From Acidobacteriota bacterium (GTDB lineage Bacteria; Acidobacteriota; Vicinamibacteria; Vicinamibacterales; JAKQTR01): DNA of 64,000 nucleotides. Within the stretch, counting starts at the first letter, position 1, and each line of letters opens with the position of its first letter. Where the stretch lies: NCBI GenBank assembly GCA_029562975.1, contig JAKQTR010000016.1, positions 35,887-99,886 of the forward strand. Reading direction: 5' to 3'. Position numbers and translations under genes: made by a program. The notes under the pieces were generated by a model. It did no database searches. It saw only the letters and a program-made list of their open reading frames with translations, and had not been told where the DNA came from. This document shows, piece by piece, positions 37,729 through 46,343 of the stretch.

Positions 37729-38391
37729 ATGGACACTGACGCACTCTCCCCCCTGTTGTCTGCCCTGCGCGACGCGGTGCTCGACGGCGACGCGCGCGGG
37801 GCGGCTTCGGCCACCGAGCGCGCCCTCGGGCAGGGCGTCGATCCGCAGCGGCTGGTGGATGGCGCGCTCATCCCGGCGATGGACGAGGCTGGGCGCCGCT
37901 TCGAGAACGGCGAGTTCTTCGTGCCGGAACTGCTGGTGTCGGCGCGCGCGCTGAAAGCGTCGCAGGCGATCGTGACGCCGCTGCTGGCGCAGCGCGGCGG
38001 CGTCGTCGCCCGCGGGCGCGTCGCCATCGGCACCGTCAAGGGCGACATGCACGACATCGGCAAGAACCTCGTCGTGGCGCTCCTGCAGGGCGGCGGCTTC
38101 GACGTCGTCGATCTCGGGACCGACGTGCCTCCGACGCGCTTCGTGTCCGCCGTCACGAACGACCGCGTCGACATCGTCGGTCTGTCGGCGCTGCTGACGA
38201 CGACCATGCTCCAGATGAAGGCGACGCTGAAGGCCATGGAGACCGCGGGCGTCCGCGGGTCGGTGAAGGTGATCGTCGGCGGGGCGCCCGTGACCCAGCG
38301 CTTCGCCGACGAAATCGGGGCGGACGGCTACGCGGACAACGCCGCCGCGGCCCTCGCACTGGCCCGCCGCCTGATGGCGTCCGGCGCCTGA
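37729..38391 (+). CDS. Corrinoid (B12-binding) protein of methyltransferase systems (MtmC/MtbC/MtaC-like)
   Basis: Track ORF of 220 aa with an N-terminal helical cap. The lower-ligand motif D-x-H-x-x-G appears as GDMHDIGKN, S-x-L as GLSALLTTT and G-G as IVGGAP. Confidence 0.9.
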   Translation: MDTDALSPLLSALRDAVLDGDARGAASATERALGQGVDPQRLVDGALIPAMDEAGRRFENGEFFVPELLVSARALKASQAIVTPLLAQRGGVVARGRVAIGTVKGDMHDIGKNLVVALLQGGGFDVVDLGTDVPPTRFVSAVTNDRVDIVGLSALLTTTMLQMKATLKAMETAGVRGSVKVIVGGAPVTQRFADEIGADGYADNAAAALALARRLMASGA

Positions 38392-38401
38392 GGTCCCCCG
38401 C

Positions 38402-39493
38402 GTGGCGACTCGCACCGTCATGACGAGCCGGGAGCGCGTCCTCGCCGCGATGCGGCGCCAGGAGACCGACCGCCCGCCGTTCGACCTGTCCTTCGGCATC
38501 GCGACGGCGCAGCTTGCGTCGATCAGGGCCCGCACGGGGGCGGACGACCCCTGGGACTACTTCGGCGCCGACACGCGCATGATCTGGCCGGGCCCCACCC
38601 GGCTCGACACCGACTTCTCCAGGTATCTCGGGCGCCTGCCTCGAGGCTCGACAGTGGACGAATGGGGCCTGGGGCACGTGCCGACCGCGAGCACCGACGC
38701 CGACCACGCCCACCTCGAGGGGTTCCGCCACCCGCTGGAGGAGGCGGAGTCGCTCGCCGACATCGCGCAGTACCCGCTGCCCGACGTGGACGCCGCCTAC
38801 CGCTACGAGAGCGTGCGCGCCGCAGTCGAGGCGGTTCACCGGCGGGGCCTCGCGGCCATGGCCATGCTGGAGTGCACGATTTTCGAGCGAGCGTGGTACC
38901 TGCGCGGCATGGAGCGCCTCCTGCTCGACTTCTCGGACGGAAGCGCCATGGCGACGGTGCTGCTCGACCGCATCACCGCTCTGCGCATCGGGCAGGCCAG
39001 GCACTACGCGGCCTCGGGCGCCGACGTCATTTGCTACGGCGACGACGTCGGCACGCAGCGAGGCCTCCTCATGAGCGCGGCCATGTGGCGCACGTGGCTG
39101 AAACCGCGCCTGGCCGCAACCATCGCCGCGGCGCGCGACGTCCGGCCGGACGTGCTCGTCTTCTACCACAGCGACGGCAACGTGGAGGCCCTCATCCCCG
39201 ATCTCATCGACATCGGAGTCGACATCCTGAACCCCGTGCAGCCGGAATGCCTGGATGCCGCCGCGCTCAAGCGGCAGTACGGCAGCCGGCTTTCCTTCTG
39301 GGGCACCATCGGCACGCAGTCCACGCTCCCGTTCGGCAGCCCGGACGACGTGCGGCGGGAGGTCCGGACGCGCATCGAGACGGTCGGTGCCGGCGGCGGG
39401 CTGTTCCTCGCGCCGACCCACGTCATCGAGCCGGAGGTGCCCTTCGAGAACCTCGTGGCGTTTGTCGAGGCGGTGACCGGCGAACGCGGGTAA
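38402..39493 (+). CDS. Uroporphyrinogen decarboxylase (URO-D) family protein, MtaA/CmuA-like methyltransferase candidate
   Basis: Track ORF of 363 aa with a GTG start 8 nt after the corrinoid-protein stop. SRERVLAAMRRQETDRPP, DDVGTQRGLLMS, FYHSDGNV, ILNPVQPE and the overall layout are URO-D/MT2-like. Confidence 0.8.
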   Translation: MATRTVMTSRERVLAAMRRQETDRPPFDLSFGIATAQLASIRARTGADDPWDYFGADTRMIWPGPTRLDTDFSRYLGRLPRGSTVDEWGLGHVPTASTDADHAHLEGFRHPLEEAESLADIAQYPLPDVDAAYRYESVRAAVEAVHRRGLAAMAMLECTIFERAWYLRGMERLLLDFSDGSAMATVLLDRITALRIGQARHYAASGADVICYGDDVGTQRGLLMSAAMWRTWLKPRLAATIAAARDVRPDVLVFYHSDGNVEALIPDLIDIGVDILNPVQPECLDAAALKRQYGSRLSFWGTIGTQSTLPFGSPDDVRREVRTRIETVGAGGGLFLAPTHVIEPEVPFENLVAFVEAVTGERG

Positions 39494-39494
39494 G

Positions 39495-42017
39495 ATGAGG
39501 CCGCCCCGGATAGCCATGCCCGAACCGCTCCGCTCTCCCGCCCGGCCCCGGCGCCGCTGGCTCCGGCGCCTGCTTCTCACGGTGCTCGTCGCGATCGCGG
39601 CGTCTGCCGCCCTGCTGTACTGGCGCCTGCGTGCGCCGCTGCCGGACACTCGCGGCACCGTCAAGGTAGACGGCGTGTCGGCGCCGGTCGAGATCGTCCG
39701 CGACATTGACGATGTGGCGCACATCCGGGCAGACAGCCAGGCCGACGCGCTCTTCGGCCTTGGCTACGTGCACGCGCAGGAGCGGCTGTGGCAGATGGAG
39801 TTCCAGCGGCGGGTCGCGCAGGGCCGTCTGGCGGAGATCGCCGGCCCCGAAGCCCTGCCCGCCGACAGGCTGCTGCGGACGGTCGGGCTGGCGCGCGCGG
39901 CCCGCGACACCTGGCCCAGGCTCGACGGCCGCGTTCGCGCGCTGGTGGAGGCCTACGTGGCCGGCGTCAACGCCTTCCTTGAGCGCCATCGGGGCGGGGG
40001 GCTTCCCATCGAGTTCGCGATCTTCCGCGTGTCCCCGGACCCGTGGACGGGCGAGGACGTCGTGGCCTGGCAGAAGACCATGGGCTGGCTGCTGAGCGCG
40101 AACTGGCTCGAGGAGTCGTTCCGCGCGGCGCTGGCGACGCGCGTCGGCGATGAGGGCGCGAGCGTGTTGATGCCGGCCTACACCCCCGGAGGCCCCATCA
40201 TCCTGCCGCCGGACGCCCCGCTGCCCTCGAGACCGCTGCCCGGAGCCGGCGCCTCCGCGCCGGGGCCGGCGGGCACGCTGACGACTAGGGCGCCGGGGTT
40301 TGCGAGCGCGAGCGCGCGAACCGTCGGCGCAGCGGCCGCAGCGGATCTGGCGGCCCTGGCGGCGATCGCGGGAAGGGTCGCCGCCGCCCCGCCCATCGGC
40401 GGCGGCAGCAATAACTGGGTCGTGTCCGGCTCGCGGTCGGTGACCGGCAAGCCCCTGCTGGCGAACGACCCGCACCTGGCGGGACAGGCGCCGGCCGTCT
40501 GGTATCTCGCGCACGTGACCGGCGGGGGCTACGACGCCATCGGCGCGACGATGCCCGGCATGCCGGGCATCGTGCTCGGCCACAACGGGCGCATCGCGTG
40601 GGGCGTGACGGCGCTGGTGGGCGACGTGCAGGACCTCTACATCGAGCGGATCACCGCCCGAGACCAGACCGAGTACCAGGGCGCGCTCGAGCGCATCCGC
40701 GTGGTCCGGGAGGTCATCCGTGTGCGCGGGCAGGCGGACGTGCCCATCCGCATCCGTATCACGCGTCACGGACCGGTGGTTTCCGACGCGCTCGAGCGCC
40801 CGCAGTCCACGATCGCGCTGCGCTGGACCGGGCTGGACGCCGAGGACCATACGCTCGAGAGCTTCATCCGGCTCGGCTCGGCCGGCGGCTGGTCCGAGTT
40901 CCGCTCGGCGCTCCGCGGCATGCACGTCCCGCTGCTGAACTTCGTCTACGCCGACGTCGACGGCAACATCGGCTACCTGGGGCCAGGCGCGATTCCAGTG
41001 CGGACGAGCGGGGACGGCGCACGGCCGGTTGCGGGCTGGACGGGCGAAGCGGAATGGCGAGGCTACCTCGACGAGAGCGAGTGGCCCGTGTCCTATAACC
41101 CGGCGCGCGGGTACCTGGCGTCGGCCAACAACAAGGTGGCGCCCGACTCGTTCCCGTTCCTGCTCGGCACGAGCTGGGACGCGCCGTACCGCGCGGCGCG
41201 GATCGTGGAGCTTCTCGAGGAGCGCCCGCGCCTTTCCGCCGAGGACTTCGCGCGCATGCAGGGCGACCTGCGGTCGGCGCAGGTCGCGGCGATCCTGCCG
41301 TTCCTGCTGACGGCCCGGCCGCTCGGCCCTCCCGGCCGCGACGCGATGGCGCTGCTGCGCGAGTGGAACGGCACCCTCGACGGCGCGAGCCCCGAGGCCG
41401 CGCTCTTCGAGGCCTGGTACGACGCGACCGTTCGCGCCTTGTTCGCGGACGAACTGGGCGACGACCTGGCTGCCGAGTACGTGCTGCGCCGCAGTTCCGC
41501 CGCCAAGGCCATCGACAGCCTCGTGCAGTCCGGCGATTCCGCATGGTGCGACGACGTGCGCACGCCGGAGCCGGAAACGTGCGGGACCCTGCTGGGGCGG
41601 ACGCTGCAGCGGGCGTTGGCGGAGATGGGCGCCCGGCAGGGCACGTCGAACGTCACGAAGTGGCGGTGGGACCGCGTGAACGCCGCGCGCTTCCCCCACG
41701 CGCCCCTTGACGCCGTGCCGGTCCTCAGGCGGTACTTCAGCCGCACCGTCCCGCACGGCGGCGACGCGTTCACGCTGACGCCCGTCAGCCCCATCGGCGG
41801 CGACATCTTTGTGTCCTCGTACCGCCAGATCATCGACCTCGCCGGACCGGACGCCTCGCGCTTCATGATCCCCATGGGGCAGTCCGGGCACGTCTGGAGT
41901 GACCGGTATGCGAACCTGCTCGATCCATGGAGGCGGGTCGAGTACATCCCGATGCGCTTCACCCGCGCCGCGGTGGACGATGCGGCGAGGGCGACGCTGG
42001 TGCTCGAGCAGCGCTGA
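39495..42017 (+). CDS. Penicillin acylase family (Ntn-hydrolase, S45) protein with N-terminal membrane anchor or signal
   Basis: Track ORF of 840 aa. FGLGYVHAQERLWQMEFQRR. Nucleophile context GGGSNNWVVSG followed by KPLLANDPHL. The ATG lies 1 nt after the preceding stop. Confidence 0.9.
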   Translation: MRPPRIAMPEPLRSPARPRRRWLRRLLLTVLVAIAASAALLYWRLRAPLPDTRGTVKVDGVSAPVEIVRDIDDVAHIRADSQADALFGLGYVHAQERLWQMEFQRRVAQGRLAEIAGPEALPADRLLRTVGLARAARDTWPRLDGRVRALVEAYVAGVNAFLERHRGGGLPIEFAIFRVSPDPWTGEDVVAWQKTMGWLLSANWLEESFRAALATRVGDEGASVLMPAYTPGGPIILPPDAPLPSRPLPGAGASAPGPAGTLTTRAPGFASASARTVGAAAAADLAALAAIAGRVAAAPPIGGGSNNWVVSGSRSVTGKPLLANDPHLAGQAPAVWYLAHVTGGGYDAIGATMPGMPGIVLGHNGRIAWGVTALVGDVQDLYIERITARDQTEYQGALERIRVVREVIRVRGQADVPIRIRITRHGPVVSDALERPQSTIALRWTGLDAEDHTLESFIRLGSAGGWSEFRSALRGMHVPLLNFVYADVDGNIGYLGPGAIPVRTSGDGARPVAGWTGEAEWRGYLDESEWPVSYNPARGYLASANNKVAPDSFPFLLGTSWDAPYRAARIVELLEERPRLSAEDFARMQGDLRSAQVAAILPFLLTARPLGPPGRDAMALLREWNGTLDGASPEAALFEAWYDATVRALFADELGDDLAAEYVLRRSSAAKAIDSLVQSGDSAWCDDVRTPEPETCGTLLGRTLQRALAEMGARQGTSNVTKWRWDRVNAARFPHAPLDAVPVLRRYFSRTVPHGGDAFTLTPVSPIGGDIFVSSYRQIIDLAGPDASRFMIPMGQSGHVWSDRYANLLDPWRRVEYIPMRFTRAAVDDAARATLVLEQR

Positions 42018-42069
42018 GCCCCTGCGGAGGGACCGGACGACGGCGCGAGGGGATCGCAGGGAGACGCGC

Positions 42070-43257
42070 ATGAACGCACGCATCCGGCCAGCCGGCCTTC
42101 ACACCACCGCGGTGCACGCGGGCGAGGCGCCAGACCCGGCCACCGGCGCCCTGGCCACGCCCATCCACCTGTCCACGGCGTTCCACCTGGGCACCGCCGA
42201 GCGCGGCGCGGCCGTTTTCTCGGGCCGGGAGGAAGCCTACGTGTACTCGCGGTGGGCCAATCCGACGGTGAGCGCCTTCGAGCGCAAGGCCGCCGCCCTC
42301 GAGGGCGCCGAGGCGGCAATCGCGAGCGCCAGCGGCATGGCGGCCATCGCGTCGGCCATCCTCACCAGCGTGCAGAGCGGCGACCACATCGTGTCGGCGA
42401 CGGCGATCTACCCGAGCACCTACCACCTGATGGCCACGCAGCTGGCGTCGATGGGCGTCCGCACGACGTTCGTGGACGCCACGGACCCGGGCAACGTGGC
42501 GCGAGCGATCGGGCCATCCACGAAGCTCGTGTATCTGGAGACACCCGGCAACCCCACGCTCGCGCTCTGCGACCTCGAGGCAATCGGGAGGATCGCCCGT
42601 TCGGCCGGTCTCGCCACGATTTGCGACAACACCTTCGCGTCGCCGGTGAACCAGCGCCCCCTCGAACTGGGGATCGACACGGTCGTGCACAGCGCAACGA
42701 AGTACTTCTGCGGCCACGGCGATGCCGTGGGCGGGCTGGTCCTGGGGCGTGCGGCGTTCATCGATCGGTGCCTGAAGGAGCCGCTCCGGTACTACGGCGG
42801 CATCATGGCGCCGTTCAGCGCGTACCTCATGCTGCGGGGCGCGGCGACGATGCCGCTGAGGGTCATGCGCCAGAACTCGAGCGCCCTGCGCATCGCGGAG
42901 TGGCTGGAGCGCCACCGGGCCGTCGCGCGGGTGCTCTACCCCGGCCTGCCGTCGCATCCGCAGCACGCGCTGGCGAAGCGGCAGATGCCGGGCGGCTTCG
43001 GCGGCATCGTGTGCTTCGATCTGGCGGGCGGCGTGGAGGCCGGCGCCCGGCTCATGAACGCCGTGCGCGTGTGCTCGCTCGCGACGAGCCTCGGCGACGC
43101 GCGCACGCTCATCTCGCATCCGGCGTCCACGACGCACAGCGTCGTGCCGCCGGAGGCCCGCCTCGCGCAGGGCGTGACCGACGGCCTCGTGCGGCTCTCG
43201 GTGGGCATCGAAGACGTGGAGGACCTCGTCGCGGACCTCGATGCCGGCCTGCGCTGA
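42070..43257 (+). CDS. Cys/Met-metabolism PLP enzyme (methionine gamma-lyase / cystathionine gamma-synthase / O-acylhomoserine sulfhydrylase family)
   Basis: Inner ATG at 42070 follows AGGGAG. YSRWANPTV, ASGMAAI, the PLP-lysine context HSATKYFCGHGD and SLGDARTLISHPASTTH. Confidence 0.9.
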   Translation: MNARIRPAGLHTTAVHAGEAPDPATGALATPIHLSTAFHLGTAERGAAVFSGREEAYVYSRWANPTVSAFERKAAALEGAEAAIASASGMAAIASAILTSVQSGDHIVSATAIYPSTYHLMATQLASMGVRTTFVDATDPGNVARAIGPSTKLVYLETPGNPTLALCDLEAIGRIARSAGLATICDNTFASPVNQRPLELGIDTVVHSATKYFCGHGDAVGGLVLGRAAFIDRCLKEPLRYYGGIMAPFSAYLMLRGAATMPLRVMRQNSSALRIAEWLERHRAVARVLYPGLPSHPQHALAKRQMPGGFGGIVCFDLAGGVEAGARLMNAVRVCSLATSLGDARTLISHPASTTHSVVPPEARLAQGVTDGLVRLSVGIEDVEDLVADLDAGLR

Positions 43258-43283
43258 GCGGCGGGCGGAGCGGGCGGCAGGAT

Positions 43284-44126
43284 TCAGAAGAGCCAGATGC
43301 GGCCGCCCCGGCGGAGCGGCCGCCCGGTCTGGGGCGTGTGCCGCTCGACGCCCAGGACGCGCACCCGCTCGGGCTGCCGGCAGTACAGGCGGATGGCTTC
43401 GCCGACGGAACGGTCCCGGCAAAGGCCGGCGAGCGGCTCGCCGCAGAGAATCTCCTGCCACGCCTGGCGCCACATCTTCGGCCGGATGTGAATGGGATCG
43501 ACGCCGTACCAGGCCGGGTCGAGCCGGCAGAACCGAATTCCCCGCTCCGCGGCCAGCGCCTCGAGGCCGGCATCGACCTCCCGCGCGGCGTCCACGGTCG
43601 CCTCGAAGTCCAGCCGGCGCCCTGGAAAGAAGAGGGAGCGGAAGACCAGGAACCGTGCCCGCGAGAGGCCGCTCGTGGCCGGAGGCGGCAAGCCCGTGAT
43701 CGTGATGTCGCGCGTGTGCCTGGCGAGCCGGGAGACGCACTCGCCGGCCCACCCGAGGACGCGCGCCGGCGGCGAGCCGTAGAGGATGTCGTTGCCGACG
43801 TCGGTCACCAGGGCGCGCGCCGGCGCCGGCGGCAGGGCGTCCAGGCCTTGCCACAGCCCCGAATCGAGGATAGCCGGCAGCGTGCGGCAGACGACGGTGC
43901 TCGGCGCGCCGTACGATCGGCCGTGGCCGAGGGCTGCGAGGATCTCGACGCCCGGCCCCCACTGGGATCTCGCCGCGGCCACCACGGCGTGGAAACCGCG
44001 CACGAGGTTGCTCGCGCCGACGGCGATCACCCTCGAAACCGGCGCGCGTGCCACGGCGGCCAGTATAGCGCGAGGGTCGCCGCCGGGAGGCCGCCCTCCG
44101 GGCGCTCGCTGCATCGGCGCCTTCAC
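43284..44126 (-). CDS. Hypothetical protein, SGNH/GDSL-hydrolase-like
   Basis: Track ORF of 280 aa.
- Block I-like: VIAVGASNLV.
- Block III: G-x-N-D as DVGNDILYG.
- Block V: D-x-x-H as VDPIHIRP.

The start (44126 or the M at codon 5) is uncertain. Confidence 0.5.
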   Translation of the reverse strand: MKAPMQRAPGGRPPGGDPRAILAAVARAPVSRVIAVGASNLVRGFHAVVAAARSQWGPGVEILAALGHGRSYGAPSTVVCRTLPAILDSGLWQGLDALPPAPARALVTDVGNDILYGSPPARVLGWAGECVSRLARHTRDITITGLPPPATSGLSRARFLVFRSLFFPGRRLDFEATVDAAREVDAGLEALAAERGIRFCRLDPAWYGVDPIHIRPKMWRQAWQEILCGEPLAGLCRDRSVGEAIRLYCRQPERVRVLGVERHTPQTGRPLRRGGRIWLF

Positions 44127-44144
44127 AGCGAAAGCGCGACGGAC

Positions 44145-44150
44145 TAAGAT
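44145..44150 (+). promoter_or_regulatory. -10-like hexamer TAAGAT, 11 nt upstream of the guaA ATG (short-leader candidate)
   Basis: TAAGAT at 44145-44150 and ATG at 44162. No SD. The whole divergent spacer is only 35 nt. Confidence 0.3.
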
Positions 44151-44161
44151 CTCCCGGCAGC

Positions 44162-45982
44162 ATGAGCCACGACGCCATCGCCGTCGTCGACTTCGGCGGG
44201 CAGTACGCGCACCTCATCGCCACCAAGATCCGGCGGCTCCATGTGCTCGCCGAGATCCGCCAGCCCGAAGATCCCACCGACGCCTTCCGCCGCTACAAGG
44301 GCATCATCCTGTCCGGCAGCCCGAGCCTCGCGTCGTTCGGCGAGGATTCCGACTACAACAAGGCGATCTACGACCTCGACATCCCCATCTTCGGCTTCTG
44401 CTTCGGCCACCAGGAAATCGCCAAGCGCTACGGCGGGACGGTGGCCCACGGCGGGCGCGAATGGGGGCCGGCCGACCTGCGGATCGTCGGCGAGAGCGCC
44501 ATCTTTCGCGGCCTGGGCCCGGTCGAGCGGGTCTGGATGAGCCACTTCGACTCGGTGACCAGCGTCGGCCCGGGATTTCGCGAACTCGGCATCACGACGC
44601 TCGGCGACTCGAGCGAGCCGCACCGCTTCGCGGCCATCGGCCACGAGGGCCTGCGCCGCTGGGGCGTGCAGTTCCACCCCGAAGTGGACGACACGGTCCG
44701 CGGCTCCGAGATAATCGCCAACTTCGTGTTCGGCGTGTGCGGCTGCACGCCCTCCTGGACCATGGAGCGCTTCGTCGAGGAGCGGGTCGAGCGCCTGCGT
44801 CGGCAGGTAGGATCGCGCTCGGTGTTCCTGCTCGCCTCGGGAGGGGTCGATTCGACCGTCGCCGCGCGGCTGATCGGAATGGCCGTCGGGCCCGGAAGGC
44901 TCCACCTGCTGCACGTCGACAACGGCCTGATGCGCAAGGGCGAGAGCCGCGCCGTGGCGGACATGCTCCGGGGGCTCGGCCTCGGCGACCGCCTGCACGT
45001 CGCGGACGCCAGCGACGCGTTCCTGGCGGCGCTCGCGGGCCTCGTCGAGCCGGAAGCGAAGCGCGCGGCAATTGGCAACGCGTTCGTCGAGGCCTTCGAG
45101 CGCGAGGCGCGCGCCCTCGGGATCGAGGCCCACCTGCTCGGCCAGGGGACGATCTATCCCGACACGATCGAGACCGGCGGCACCAGGCGGTCCGACACCA
45201 TCAAGACCCATCACAACCGCGTGCCGGCCATCGAGGCGATGATGGCCCAGGGCCGGGTGGTGGAGCCCATTGCCGACCTGTACAAGGTGGAGGTGCGCGA
45301 GCTGGGCGAGCGGCTCGGCATCCCGCGCGAGCTCCTGTGGCGGCATCCGTTCCCCGGCCCCGGACTCGGCGTGCGCCTGCTCTGCTCGACGGGCCGGGAG
45401 GATCGCAGCGGGTTCGAGGAGATAGCTCCGCAGGTCGCGGCCGTGGCCGCGCGGTTCGGCGCGTCGGCGCTGCCGCTGCCCATCAGGTCCGTCGGCGTGA
45501 AAGCCGACCTCAGGTCGTACGAGCACCCGGTCCTCGTCACCGGCGGCCTGCCGTGGGAGCGCCGCCTCGAGCTGGCCGCCGCCCTGTTCCGGGACGTGCC
45601 GGGCGTGAACCGCTGCCTGTGGAACCTCGGGCCCCGGGCCCCGGAGCGCATCGTCCCGGTGGCGGCGACGGTCACGCGCGCGCGCCTGGACGTCCTGAGA
45701 GAAGCCGACCACCTGGTGATGGACGGGCTTCGCCGCCACGGCGTCCACGACCGGATCTGGCAGTGCCCGACGGTGTTGCTTCCGCTCGAGGTGGACGGCG
45801 CCGGGCGGGAGTTCGTGGTGCTGCGGCCGGTCCATTCGGAGCGGGCCATGACGGCGACTCCCGCCGAGCTGCCTGAGGCGCTCCTTCGAGAGCTCCGGGC
45901 ACAGGTGCTCGCGCTGCCTGGCGTGAGCGGGCTCGGCCTCGACGTCACGACGAAGCCGCCGGGGACGATTGAGTGGGAGTAG
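44162..45982 (+). CDS. guaA: Glutamine-hydrolysing GMP synthase, long form
   Basis: Track ORF of 606 aa.
- GATase: FGFCFGHQE, QFHPEV.
- ATP-PPase P-loop: ASGGVDSTV.
- RHPFPGPGLGVR and C-terminal KPPGTIEWE.

An extra ~80-90 aa sits in the C-terminal dimerisation region. Confidence 0.9.
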   Translation: MSHDAIAVVDFGGQYAHLIATKIRRLHVLAEIRQPEDPTDAFRRYKGIILSGSPSLASFGEDSDYNKAIYDLDIPIFGFCFGHQEIAKRYGGTVAHGGREWGPADLRIVGESAIFRGLGPVERVWMSHFDSVTSVGPGFRELGITTLGDSSEPHRFAAIGHEGLRRWGVQFHPEVDDTVRGSEIIANFVFGVCGCTPSWTMERFVEERVERLRRQVGSRSVFLLASGGVDSTVAARLIGMAVGPGRLHLLHVDNGLMRKGESRAVADMLRGLGLGDRLHVADASDAFLAALAGLVEPEAKRAAIGNAFVEAFEREARALGIEAHLLGQGTIYPDTIETGGTRRSDTIKTHHNRVPAIEAMMAQGRVVEPIADLYKVEVRELGERLGIPRELLWRHPFPGPGLGVRLLCSTGREDRSGFEEIAPQVAAVAARFGASALPLPIRSVGVKADLRSYEHPVLVTGGLPWERRLELAAALFRDVPGVNRCLWNLGPRAPERIVPVAATVTRARLDVLREADHLVMDGLRRHGVHDRIWQCPTVLLPLEVDGAGREFVVLRPVHSERAMTATPAELPEALLRELRAQVLALPGVSGLGLDVTTKPPGTIEWE

Positions 45983-46143
45983 GGGGATCTGTGCTCGGGG
46001 CTCGGGACCAGACGCCAGGGGCGCGGGGTGAGGGGAAAGGAGGATACGAGAGCCCTGCTGCCAATCGGCATTCGGATTAGCTGCGCGTAGACGGCGGGCC
46101 GTTCTGTAGAGGCAGGAACTCGGAGACACAGGAGAGAGCGGCG

Positions 46144-46320
46144 ATGAGAAACTACTGCTGGGCGTTGATTGGACTCGCGGCGCTGGCGTTCGTCGTCGGC
46201 ACCATCCTGGCGTTCACGAAGGGCGACTTCATCCTCGTGCCGCAAGGCTACTGGCGCGGGGCGGTGGGTTTCCTGCTGTTTGCAATCGCCCTGAGGCTGA
46301 TGGACCGTCCGAAGGCATAG
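46144..46320 (+). CDS. Small hypothetical two-helix membrane protein (58 aa)
   Basis: Below the track cutoff; read by me. The ATG follows CAGGAGAGAG. It encodes MRNYCWALIGLAALAFVVGTILAFTKGDFILVPQGYWRGAVGFLLFAIALRLMDRPKA, with normal composition. Confidence 0.4.
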   Translation: MRNYCWALIGLAALAFVVGTILAFTKGDFILVPQGYWRGAVGFLLFAIALRLMDRPKA

Positions 46321-46343
46321 CGCGGGCCTCGTTGCGCGCGGGC

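Noticed and set aside
36262-38535. A 757-aa minus-strand ORF.
   Set aside because: Only the last 333 codons (DUF72, from ATG 37263) are credible. The remainder is antisense to the corrinoid protein and the spacer.
41959-46129. Long ORFs at 41959..44277(-), 42252..44147(+), 43786..45876(+) and 44144..46129(-).
   Set aside because: These are alternate or antisense frames of the PLP enzyme, the SGNH-like gene and guaA. All are strongly R/P/G/A-biased with no motifs.
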